Below are positions 12,101-22,968 of a stretch of 64,000 nucleotides of DNA, in pieces (within the stretch, counting starts at the first letter, position 1; each line of letters starts with the position of its first letter). The DNA is from Pocillopora damicornis (lineage: Eukaryota). The stretch is taken from positions 186,001 to 250,000 of the forward strand of contig NW_020844911.1 in assembly GCF_003704095.1 (NCBI RefSeq), in the 5' to 3' direction. The notes beneath the pieces were generated by a model. It saw only the letters and a program-made list of their open reading frames with translations, made no database searches and was not told where the DNA came from. The translations under genes were made by a program, and so were the position numbers.

Positions 12101-15100
12101 TCCTCCACACTTTTGGTTGGAATTTCCTTCGTTATCGAGACTGTTTCCTGAGGAAAAAGTAAAATACCAGAAATATAAATAACAAAAATACTTCATTTGA
12201 ATCGATAAATAAAAACATGAATAAAAGCTTTGTTTATAATCAAGCGCCATCCTGAAATCATTTTAAGACGTTTACCATCTTCTGCTGTCTTCTGTAGCGT
12301 CACGGCCAGAACTGAAAACATAATGAACTAGTAGCGATAAACTGGAAATCACAAAAGGACAGAACTCAAATGTGTATCAAGTGCGAATGTCGGACTAATA
12401 AGACACTTCGAAAAAAAAACAATAACAAGCACGCGGAAACATCGGTCACTTATCATCACTCACTCACTCACTCAATCGCTCGTCCCCGAAAGAAGTGACT
12501 TCGCCTTCTACTATATAAGAGGCACAGCCCAAAAAAGTCGCACACTGATGTCCATGATAAAAAATGGGACACTAATGTCTGCCCAAAATCAAAAATCGGC
12601 CACTGCTATCCAAAGTCGGCCACCAATTTCTAAAATAAAAAACGGTCACTTGTGTCTCAAAATAGAAAAACGGTGACTAATGTCCAAAATAAAAAATCAG
12701 CCATTTGTGCCCGAAATCAAATATCGGCCTGGTGTCCAAAATAAAATCCAAAAGATAAGCCTCTGGCATCCAAAAGCATAAATCGGCCACAACTGTCCAA
12801 AAGCAGATATCGGCTATTAGAGTTCTCAATAAAATATCGCCCCCTTATCTCCAAAATTAAAGATCGCTCACAAGTGTTTAAAAGTATAAAACGTGTCCAA
12901 AGTAAAAGATGGGCCAATACCGTCCAAAATAAAAAAAAACAGCCACTTGTGGCCAAAATTATAAATCGGCCTCGAGTGTCCAAAAGCAAAGATCGCCTAC
13001 TAAATTCCAAAATAAAAAAAAATCGCCCACTTATCTNNNNNNNNNNNNNNNNNNNNNNNNNNNNNNNNNNNNNNNNNNNNNNNNNNNNNNNNNNNNNNNN
13101 NNNNNNNNNNNNNNNNNNNNNNNNNNNNNNNNNNNNTGATGCTCTGCTGTGATTAGTTGTTTTTCAACAGCTCTGATTGGTGTATTTCGACCCTTGCTGA
13201 TCAGAGCATCATGCTTTATAAGATCACGCATGACCAGTCGACCTCATTGCCTGAGGAAGACTAGCAGTATGCAGTCGAAACGTCACGATCTACATCACAC
13301 GTGACTACATCGTGAGACAAACGAAAAACTTAGTTTTTATTGTTATTCACCACGATGAATAACCACACCCTTTTCTACGAAATTAATGTATCCTTGTTTC
13401 GGAGCCTGCTCGCTTCGCAAATTTAGCAGCTCTTTTGGGCCCAAGTTGCTGATTGAAATGGTGAAATGCTCTCTCTTCAAATTTGTCTTCAAAATCTCCA
13501 CGATGTGCAGATCAAACTTATTTAGATATTTCTGCAAGGAAAAGTCTTGTTTTCAATTTCGTGCCGGACGACGCCACTGTGAAATTATTTTTGAATGTTT
13601 ATCATCTTTTGAAGTGTCACGGCAAGAACTGAAGAAATTATATTTTCGAATTCACTGGGCCTAATTTGCTGATTCAAGCGGCAATACGCTATCTCTTCAA
13701 AGAAATAAATTTTTCCAAGCTCTCATAGTGCACTGATCACAACTTTTAAGATATTTCTGGAAAGGAAATTATTGTTTTTTCACGCGCCACCCTGATATAA
13801 TTGTGAGAAGTTTATAGATCTTCTGCAGTACCAAACAATAGGTAGCACCCGGAAACATCGGGTGAAAATTGGGCCAAGATCGGAATTCTGCGTCAGTTAC
13901 CATCACTCACTCACTCATTCGGTAGACGTGTGTGGCTTTACCTCCTACAGGAGGTAGTAGCCACAGCTAGTCATTGGTCTTGTCACGAGAGTCAAACCCT
14001 TTGAAAAAAACTACAGTAAGACGAGTAATTAATTAGTTATTTGTACCAGTAAGGAAAAAATATTTTAGACATGTGAGCTAAGAACCACTGACCGATTCTT
14101 ATTTCAAAATCTGCCAATCCATTTGCACCGCTAGTAATGTTTGCTACGTCCACGCTGTAACTCTTCCCCAAATCAACTCGCCACCAGGGATCCGTTAGGA
14201 GACTGGTCACTGCACACCTGCCTGTGGTTCCTTCAACAGCCAGTGCAGCTACTGAACCATCGTCACCAGACATGTATGCTGGTTGTCTTAATGCCAAATC
14301 AGCTAATGTCAAAAGATAATTGAATACTTTGTTACAATGGAATCTTCCACTTTAGGCAGTCATACTTCAAGCAGCTAACGATCGGATTGGTCAACTTGGA
14401 CAGCTCAACAACCAATAAAAAATAAGACGCAAATGTTAATAGCCAATGGGATCTTACTATCTTGCCAATGCTGGCCAATCAACGTTCGCTCTGACGAAAG
14501 ACTAACGCTCGAAACGTCTGCTTTGAAACTCTTAACGGTGGCCAATTTACTTTATCAACGAATTAATGATACCAAATTACCTTAATAACGAAAACCGAAA
14601 AAAAATGAAAAATGATGAAATAAGCCAGCCAGAAAGAAATTATTGCTTTCCTAACTGTTTAATGAAAATAATAATGACAAAAAACGCTGCTGATTTAGAG
14701 AAATGGGAAACCAACGCAAAAGCTTAAGTTTACGATGTAATTGATCCAGTTCTAAACAAATGGCCCAAAGCAGGTGGCGTTAGAATTTTGAGGTTTCATC
14801 AAAATTCCAGTAGCAAGTTCCTTGCACTTAGCTATAAACACGATTTATTTTATAAAATTAAGACGTCGTGACGCAAAAATACAACAGCAGTCTTAATTTG
14901 TCGCTTCCGCAGCTACCACTATTTAAAAGAAATTTTTGTTGCCATTTGTCTGGCGAACAACACGTTTCGTCTACATACCGTTATATTTAATCTTCGACGA
15001 CAAACATTTTCGGTTGTAGTGCCAAAACATTTCCTTAGTTCAGTAACAGTTCATATGTTGTAAATCATAGTTCTTTTGTCTCTACGTACCTGACATTACT

Positions 15101-15144
15101 TCCGAGGCTCTTAAGAACAAAATCAGAAATCCAGTTTGTACCAT
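9153..15144 (-). CDS. Secreted mosaic protein: signal peptide, two F-type lectin (FTP/fucolectin) domains, uromodulin/GP2-type D8C cysteine-rich domain, PAN/apple domain. Exons 15144-15090, 14302-14093, 12147-11962, 11235-10993, 10789-10604, [missing exon(s), probably in gap 10441-10540], 10247-10019, 9436-9153
   Basis: GT-AG exons in frame. Signal peptide MVQTGFLILFLRASEVMS; two PWWRVDLG/GRYVxI/LCEVEV-type FTP halves; D8C motif CGTQASGWLRGSHPSMEEGVVQRTVCFSW...VRNCYGYLVYKL...RYC; PAN motif CMAYC...CESFTY...CELNN...YYE. The phase mismatch between 10604 (phase 1) and 10247 (phase 0) implies a hidden exon. Confidence 0.8.
9625..9850. repeat. Short tandem array (~28-bp unit GGGAGGYTTGGGTCGGGTCGAAAAAAGGA) followed by an inverted partial copy
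   Basis: About 6 imperfect units, then TTTGACCCGACCCAAGCCCC in reverse orientation. Confidence 0.75.
11560..11924 (+). mobile_element. Solo LTR, 365 bp, in an intron of the lectin gene
   Basis: Termini TGTTACGA...TCGTAACA (8-bp inverted repeat, TG..CA); perfect 5-bp TSD CCTCC at 11555-11559 and 11925-11929; AATAAA at 11845-11850. Confidence 0.85.
12540..13036. repeat. Degenerate ~27-bp tandem array (AAAATCGGCCACTAGTGTCCAAAATAA-like) running into a gap
   Basis: Recurrent ATCGGCC / TGTCCAAAA motifs at about 27-bp spacing. Confidence 0.75.
13246..13289 (+). ncRNA. Minimal hammerhead ribozyme motif of Penelope-like-element type
   Basis: CTGAGGA (13251-57), helix II GACT/AGTC plus GCA/TGC, GAAA (13277-80), then palindromic CGTC; short imperfect helix I ATTG/CGAT. 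Confidence 0.6.
13845..13970 (+). mobile_element. Helitron-like non-autonomous element, 3' end
   Basis: (TCAC)n microsatellite, hairpin 13932-13964 (GTGGCT.TACCTCCT/AGGAGGTA..AGCCAC), terminal CTAG at 13967-70 followed by T; a related degenerate copy lies at ~12433-12530. Confidence 0.5.
14485..14582 (+). mobile_element. Penelope-like repeat fragment with a decayed hammerhead core; related copies at ~18350-18480, 38440-38650 and 47290-47440
   Basis: CTGACGA...CTAACGCTC GAAA CGTC followed by a shared tail (TTGAAACTCTTAACGGTGGCCAATTTAC..TATCAAC) also seen in the other copies. Confidence 0.6.
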
Positions 15145-18100
15145 AACCTGCATTTGAAAGTCAGAAAATATGTTTGTCACATAACACTTTTTATAGAATT
15201 TAGAATTCCAAGTTTTCTCTTCTAAATGAGTGTTATATACAGAAAACCACAGAAGGCTTTACAGACGGGTTGGCATGGCCCAAACATTATGTGTCAAGAG
15301 TGAGGGTTTTAACTTATTAATTTCAGAGCTAAGTTTTAAAGTGCTGTGAACGTCTCATGTCTCGAATAGCAGAAATTGTGCAAGCAGTGTTTGCATCGAT
15401 TCGGACTAGAAAATTCCCTTCAAATTAATGGTTTTTTTACTTAAACTAACTCAAACAAAAGGTTAATGTTGTCAGCTGTAATAGTAATTTTGACTGAAGT
15501 TTGGGCCGACTGGTTGTAATTTTGGGATGAGTGTCAAGTTTCATTCATAAAATGAGCTGATATGATGAGTAAACTCTAGGATAGCAAACGGAACTGATCA
15601 TTGAGCCAAGGGTGAGTATGTACGCTGGATAAACCAAAAGCATGAATATGGTTTTTCTGGCCAAAGACAGTTGCAAAAAGTTAAGTACTGAACTTTTGCC
15701 TCAGTCCTAACTGTTACGCTCGAAAAGTTGGAAGATTTTAGCATTGTAGTTTCTTTGGGTTTAAGGACAACAGAATTTTGTATCGAAGCGAAAAAATTGT
15801 TGTACTTACACATATTGAGGTCATTTTGAGCAGGGCGTCGCTGGTAATTTCAGACATCTCTAAAATATCAACAACAAAAAACAAGAAGATAAATTAGCCT
15901 TGACAAACATGCGGTTTGCACCACTGGGATTAGCTTTGACATGTAGCTATTCTAATTAGCGTAAATGGCCAATATCATCTGTCACAGTCACATTGTTTTG
16001 GTCGAATGATACTTAAATTCTTAATTTTNNNNNNNNNNNNNNNNNNNNNNNNNNNNNNNNNNNNNNNNNNNNNNNNNNNNNNNNNNNNNNNNNNNNNNNN
16101 NNNNNNNNNNNNNNNNNNNNNNNNNNNNNNNNNNNNNNNNNNNNNNNNNNNNNNNNNNNNNNNNNNNNNNNNNNNNNNNNNNNNNNNNNNNNNNNNNNNN
16201 NNNNNNNNNNNNNNNNNNNNNNNNNNNNNNNNNNNNNNNNNNNNNNNNNNNNNNNNNNNNNNNNNNNNNNNNNNNNNNNNNNNNNNNNNNNNNNNNNNNN
16301 NNNNNNNNNNNNNNNNNNNNNNNNNNNNNNNNNNNNNNNNNNNNNNNNNNNNNNNNNNNNNNNNNNNNNNNNNNNNNNNNNNNNNNNNNNNNNNNNNNNN
16401 NNNNAGATGTCTGAATTGGGTTTAGCACTGATAATGAAGACCCGCGAGAACGCTTTTTTTCCGCTTCCGGTACCTAGAATGATGTCAATATTTTGGCAAT
16501 TTGATCGTTAAAATTGCCAAATTAGTAGCCGATAAAGTTTAGAGCCAAAATCCCTGCAAACTTTTCCCTGACTCGTTTCAAACCTTCCTGCGAGCGGAGA
16601 AACGCACGTCCTTATTGGTTGAAAATAAATGCATTCTCTTGTTACACGAGTGCAAATTACAAATAGCACGCGCTCGCTTTCAAAATTTCGACGGTCTTGA
16701 CTCTCTGATGTTTTTTATGTACATTATTAACAAGTAATAACATGATTTCTCTTGCAATTTGGTGCAATGAACACTTGCAAATTTCTGAAAGACTACAAAT
16801 GGCACTCACTCCACGTGCAATTTTGTTGACTTTGAAAAATTTACTCCTGCGTATTACCACCAACTTGCACTCGAAATCATGTTATTACCTATACTAATTA
16901 CACTTGGGTAAACGCGGACTTTTCTACAAGTAGCGGTTATTTGAGAAGTTATCGCAATTAACGAAACGATCAAACATTGCAAGCGAGTTTCAATTACAAA
17001 TATTGCAGATGTCAAAAGAAGCCTAAAAATATCCAAGCTTCCACAGGATTCGAACTCGTCCCTTTCCGATACAGTCACAAACAAGGTGGGCGCTATATGC
17101 ACCTGAACTTTAAGTAGGGTAACATATATAATGCCGGAATTATTTTGAGCGTGCTTTTGACAAAGCATTGAGCACAACGCCGGTCTAATGACTTAAATTC
17201 TTACAAATTTCCTGGATGCCACAGTTCACATGTCGAGATTAACATATGTAGCCTGAGTTTTGTTCGCAGTAAGCCTAACTTTTTATAGCTTGTAGTTTAA
17301 AAATTTACTCCAATAAAATGTGTTCTGAACTTTCCTTAGCTAGTTTTATTTGTTAATACTAGGGAGGACGGAATGACCGAAATATTTCTCAAATTGGCTT
17401 CATTACTTTGCGACTCCGCTCAATACGAGATTATATTTTTATTTTAACTAGCCGCCAAAACTTTTGCAGTATTTCCTTCTCAAAGTCAGAATCAGTTCAA
17501 ATTATTCCTATCGGAAGCCAAGCAGCTTTAAGTTACCCAGTCAGAAAAATAAACGTTGCTAGTGCAACATCAGATATTGTCATGCTGACTGAGAAAATGA
17601 ATCTCAATTTTGTTTCGTAGGATAGTGTAATTTCAAGAGAAGACATATACATGTTGTTATCGCATGGAAAAATGTATGTACTTACAGTAAGCTATGCTTA
17701 CATGAATTAAGCATCATTTCACTTGTACTTGTAGATTTAGGAGAACTGCTAAGTTTAACGCCGATAAGACTCCTTGCTGGATTATTAACAGAAAAAAAAA
17801 GATTTAACACCTCTGTAGGAAGTCTTCTTGGTGAATGAAAAATTTATACGCGCAATTGGCAAAACCAGCAATGTCAATGGAGGTCTTTTTGGTAGATTTG
17901 TCCTTTATTGCTGTCGAGGGAAGATGAAAAGAATTGGTTTAAACTTTTCGGGTTTTTGTTGCGAGAATTAATTTCAGTTTGTCGGTAATTTATTGTGCAC
18001 AAAGCCGGGTTTCCTCATGAAAAATTGCATCTGTGAGAGCATAAAATTTGGAATTGAACCATGATACATATTTAAGCTTTCTTAAACTTAATCACCATGT

Positions 18101-18525
18101 GTCTTTGGAATGTGTTACTTACCTTCTTCAGCACAAATTTGTAAACGTTTTCACCTCTCACCGTTTTAAGAAAAGTAGAAAAAAAAACTGTAACCTAACT
18201 AATTAAAATTCACCTTTTAAAAAACTTCATACGTCTAAATTTATCCTTGACACTGAATCAGTCTTCAATATTTTATGAAAATTAGGCAGACGCTTTTAAT
18301 TAGCTTTAACAAAGCAACCATTAATCATTTGCATTAGTTCTTCGTCTTTGGCTCAGACGAATGGCTGACGCTCGAGACGACTGCTTTAGAAACTTTTATA
18401 ATCAATTCACTTTGTAGAACCAAATTAACTTGTAATTCCCTCACTGACGCAATACCACAGTTCCTTTAGAAATTTACTTCCTTCGCCGTTTGCGGAGCCT
18501 AATTTTCTAGTCATCAGGTCTCATA

Positions 18526-18897
18526 AGCCGTTGACACACCTGGCGATTTTCAGTACGCCGATCGCCGCGATCGGCGTATAAAATCGCCGATATCTGACAT
18601 GTCAGATATCGGCGGGTAAATTCGCTAGCATTCGCCAAGTCTGCCCGGTCCCGCGATTTTCTCCCCTTTCCAATGCGAGTCGCCAGTAAAATTAACCAAT
18701 CAAGTTGGGCGATATTATCACATGACTATTCGAAATGGCGGAGGGCATCGAAAATTGTTTCTGAACTGAAGAAAAAGACGTCACCCGATGGAAGCTGTGA
18801 TCAGGCTGAAGTGCCACGCGATCGCGACCGGCTAAGTGTGTCCGGCGATCAAATTCGCAGCGATCGGCGTATAATATCGTCAGGTGTGTCGCTGGCT
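18526..18897. mobile_element. MITE, ~370 bp, with long TIRs (PIF/Harbinger-like is a guess)
   Basis: AGCCGTTGACACACCTGGCGAT...TACGCCGATCGC pairs with GCGATCGGCGTA..ATCGTCAGGTGTGTCGCTGGCT; internal perfect 30-bp palindrome at 18585-18614. Confidence 0.75.
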
Positions 18898-19267
18898 ATA
18901 CATTAGATGAGTGATTTAAGGCTACAGGAATACGGCATACGTTCGTCTTCGGACAGAGAACTATGCCTCGCCATTAATAATTAATTCATTTATAAATCTC
19001 TAAATACGTTTAAAAAACAGTAAACATCATACATCGGCCAATCAGGAGGTACTTACCAGATCGAAAACCAAAAAATTGTGTTTTCAAAATCAGTTGCTTT
19101 TCAACAAAGATTTCTTTTCATGAGATTAAATTTTCACTGGAGAAAAAATGGAAATAAAATTCGATTATTTTTAATACTTAATGAGTAATTAATATTTCTA
19201 GCTTTTCACGTTAGTTCTCAAGTACAATTTGTTTATCCGTATTATGATGAGAAACAATAGACGCCAT

Positions 19268-19600
19268 TGTCCGATTTTAGACAATAGTGACCGATTGTAG
19301 ACATTTGTGTCCGATTTTAGACACTACCGTCCGATTTTAAACACGAATGTCCGATTTTAGACTTAAATGGTCGATTTTGGACACAAGTGCCCGATATTTG
19401 ACGGCAGTTTCCGATTAAGACGCTAGTGTCCGATTTTTGATGCTAGTGTCTGAATTTAGACGCTGGAGTTCCATTTTAGACAGTTATGTCCGATCTTGGA
19501 TATTAGAGTCCGATTTTGACGCTCGTGTCCGATTTTGGACGCTACTGTCCGATTTTAGGTACTGGTGTCCAGTTTCAGACAACAGTTTCCGAATTTAGAG
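19268..19600. repeat. 20-bp-period minisatellite (GTCCGATTTTAGAC + ~6 variable nt), about 17 units
   Basis: Visible periodicity. Confidence 0.85.
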
Positions 19601-19900
19601 TTTAGCTGATTTTTGACACGTGCGTTTGATTTTAGGGGGCAGGCAGCGAGATTAATTTGCACACATTTTTCGATAATGAGGAAAACCTTGTGTCATTTAA
19701 TTGAGCTGTAAAATCGAGGACTGCTTTTTCTACGTACGCTTATTTCGGACTGAAATTTTACTGAAAATGATTACTTTTAGCTGCTTAAGATAAAGCGTTC
19801 GAGGCTTTTTTTTGGCACGGGTGTGAGGGGAGAAAAATAAATGTGAGTAGAAGGCGTTGTTAACGAAAGTGTTAAAGTGGGAGACCAAACCCAAGCGTTA

Positions 19901-20060
19901 AATGCCAACCACGCACGTGTAGTGCTAACCACGCGCGTGGAGTGTCAACCACGCGCGTGTAGTGCCAACCACGCGCGTGTAGTGCCAACCACGCGCGTGC
20001 AGTGCCAACCATGCGCGTGTAGTGCCAACCACGCGCGTGGAGTGCCAACCACGCGCGTGA
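19901..20060. repeat. 20-bp tandem repeat AGTGCCAACCACGCGCGTGT x8
   Basis: Eight near-identical contiguous units. Confidence 0.95.
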
Positions 20061-20340
20061 AACACCACAAGCACGAAAATTGAGTACCAAGAAATAAGGC
20101 ACGCAAAATGTACGCGTGACTCATATCACGCATCTTCAAACTTTTGTAAGCATTTATTTATTTTCCGATATCAGTTGTTCAGTTTGTAGCTTCGATTCGA
20201 ACACTTGATAACTTTTTACATGCAGTCTGATGTGGTGACTACGAAACTGTCTTTACTACATTAAAATAAAGTAAATTGATAATTTTTTCTTTATTCACAG
20301 TGAAAACCGTATATTTGTTATCGCACTATCCAGCTATGTG

Positions 20341-20427
20341 AATCTCGTACCCAGATCCTACCGTGCAAATGTCACTGAAATGCAAAACTTACGACCGCTT
20401 GGTCGTGAAAGGTCTGGTTACGAGACT
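20341..20427. mobile_element. Very short MITE-like element
   Basis: TIR TCTCGTACCCAGA / TCTGGTTACGAGA; flanks both carry C(A/G)GCTATGT (imperfect TSD). Confidence 0.55.
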
Positions 20428-20564
20428 ACCGGCTATGTAGTCTGAGGGACCAGTGTCATAAGAGGCCTCATGGGGGCATCAGATAAATTTTTATGATGAC
20501 ACAACCAAAACCCTCTAGCCCCCTCCCCACAGGGGATAAATAACAATCGATACCTTAGCCGTTA

Positions 20565-21494
20565 TTATTTTGATTTTTTTAAGCGAAGAACGTTACGCAC
20601 AATATTTCTGCACTCTCGTCTAAACTGTCTATTCATGATACCGTATATGAAGGGGTTGATAGAGCTACTCAAATACAACAAAAACCCGACTGCAATATAC
20701 CATTGTCGCCGTAAAGAGTATTCCCCATGATGAATTTGAACAAAATTCATGACATAAACTGGAAGCCAACAACATAAGAAGGCGAACAGAATTGCTATCA
20801 AAGTCTTTGTCACTTTTGCTTCTTTTACATTTACCCGGCAGTTCAGGAGGCAATTTTTCTGCGGGAAAACACGATTTGATCTGGAAACAGCACGGCAAAC
20901 TTTGATGTAGCAGACGACAATGACCGTAAACGGAGTGATAATGTAAATACAGTAGGTTAGGCTCAAAAATGTAATGTTATCCCTACTCAAACATATTGCT
21001 TCGCCCGCATGGAACTTATATCTGCCGTCTTCGATGAAAAATGGCGGCGCAGAACCTGGCAAAGCTGCGCACCATACAATAATAATGTAGATCAAAATTT
21101 TTCGCTTCGTAAACAGCACTTGGTACTTCCCAGGTTTAACAATACAGAAATATCGACTCACTGCAATTATTCCCATGGTACAGAGCGAAACAATCGCAAA
21201 TGTGTAAGCTCCAAACCCCTGAAGATGGCAGATAGTTTCACCAAACTCCCAACGGCCGATAAAGAGAGTTGTAACTGTAAAAGGCATGCAGCAGGTGGAC
21301 ATCAGAATATCACTCACAGCCAGTGCTACGACGAACATATTTGGAGGCGTACGGAGCCTGTAGTTTCTGTACACGGCATAACATGTGAGAAGATTGCCAA
21401 AGAAAGCCAATACATTGATAACCGCAAACAAAATTGTTTCAGTCCAAACTAAAACTGTAGTCCTTGTAGCAAGTTCGATCAAAAGATTTTCCAT
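20565..21494 (-). CDS. Orphan rhodopsin-class GPCR, cluster paralogue 1 (probable start MENLLIELATRT)
   Basis: 7TM; GNLL, LAVSD, WEFG..C, SRY, CWLP, NPFIY; strong similarity to the next two paralogues. Confidence 0.9.
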   Translation of the reverse strand: MENLLIELATRTTVLVWTETILFAVINVLAFFGNLLTCYAVYRNYRLRTPPNMFVVALAVSDILMSTCCMPFTVTTLFIGRWEFGETICHLQGFGAYTFAIVSLCTMGIIAVSRYFCIVKPGKYQVLFTKRKILIYIIIVWCAALPGSAPPFFIEDGRYKFHAGEAICLSRDNITFLSLTYCIYIITPFTVIVVCYIKVCRAVSRSNRVFPQKNCLLNCRVNVKEAKVTKTLIAILFAFLCCWLPVYVMNFVQIHHGEYSLRRQWYIAVGFLLYLSSSINPFIYGIMNRQFRRECRNIVRNVLRLKKSK

Positions 21495-22301
21495 TACGAC
21501 TTTCGATAACCGGACAATCGCACAGAGGGCGCTTTTCAAGCTGAATATAGAAAGGAAATAATTTGTTTTGTTCAGTTGTGTATTTTGATAAGAGCAAAAT
21601 TTTTCAATTTTTGTCAGCCGCGGAAGTAATTTGTGTCGATTGTGTTACATAAAATACAATCTTCAAATTTTACCTTTTGACAAAACCTCTCTGGTCTTAA
21701 AAGACAAATCTGAAAAGAAGTGAAGTATTTTTTTATTTATTCTAACCTACATGCGTAGTCCTTGTAGGAAAAATCTAAAAGAAATGACAGTTTTAACTTG
21801 ACTTGCTAATTTTCCAGATTAACAAATTAAAAATAACAAGTGATGCGAAAGTGAAGAGCTAGACACCGCCGGGTTTCATTTTAAAAAATTGAAATTATAA
21901 ACACTTTTGGAGGTAAGTAATCTATTGTGTTCACGTAATTAGCGGCTTTTACCTTTTGTCATGTCTTTCCGCCAACTATACTCTTTAATCAATTAAATGG
22001 CACAGCGCGTAGATTTTTTCTTAACACCTGTCTCGGTTTTTAACCGTGAAGCGTGCGAAACGTGATGCACTATTGTCATCGAGATACGCAAACGTTAAAC
22101 GCGAGCTCTGTGATTTATATACTCAAGCGTGAAACGTGATGTGTGAGCATGAAAAGATGTACTTTTAGTCAAACGATATATACGAGTGTAAAGTCATAAA
22201 TAAGCGACACACGCTTACGACGTACTAACGGCAATATGGAGGAGTTGTGAATGCTATTTCTATAACAATTTTTAAAAATTTTAATTTCTTTTCCATGTCA
22301 A

Positions 22302-22968
22302 GGTGATTCCTCAGTTTTGCACTGCACATCTTGCACTGCGCATAAAAATCGTCGTATCAGGGGAATGAGTGCGCGCGCATTCCGAGAACACGGTATTGTT
22401 TTTCAATCCATGGACCAGGTAAAGAGGTACGATAGTCTTTAGCTCTTGAACAAACACGGTGAGCTACATTTTTTCCATAATTTTGGTATACAATGTATCC
22501 CCTTTAAATTGGGAAAAATAAAATAAAAATTTTTCGAAGGGAAAAAAAGATACAGCAAAAAGCGTGCATGAAGCCCGTCACACGAGGATGTAAATTACGA
22601 CCTTGAAAAGCACGGCCCGAGAAACGTTTTGAGTCGATGTCGTCTAAATTTGCGTGATTTTCCTACAAATTATATATAAAATTGTTTCATACGCCCGAGA
22701 CTTTCTACTTATCAAGTTTTTTTTTTAAGTGTTACTTTTAAAACCCTTGCTTCCAGCTGTAGCAAAGTGTACCGTGAACCGATGAAATGACGCGCGTGAT
22801 TAGTGCCAATACGGGCATAAATGTGATGGGCTTGGTCCATTATATCTCCCAAACAAGCACAGTGACCTATCTTTTTTATTGTATTTTTCGAAACAGACAT
22901 TGGTGAAGAACATTTATGGAAATTTAAAAAAAAAATTGTTCGATAACTCATTTTTCTGAGGAATCACC
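22302..22968. mobile_element. Non-autonomous TIR element, ~670 bp (Kolobok-like)
   Basis: TIR GGTGATTCCTCAG / CTGAGGAATCACC, flanked by TCAA and TTAA (TTAA-type target). Confidence 0.65.

Noticed and set aside
16006-16428. ORFs spanning N runs (also near 2.5, 10.4, 13.0 and 58.3 kb)
   Set aside because: Artefacts of assembly gaps.
19268-20060. CRISPR-like arrays
   Set aside because: The period is 20 bp with no unique spacers of 25 bp or more, there are no cas genes, and the context is eukaryotic; these are minisatellites.
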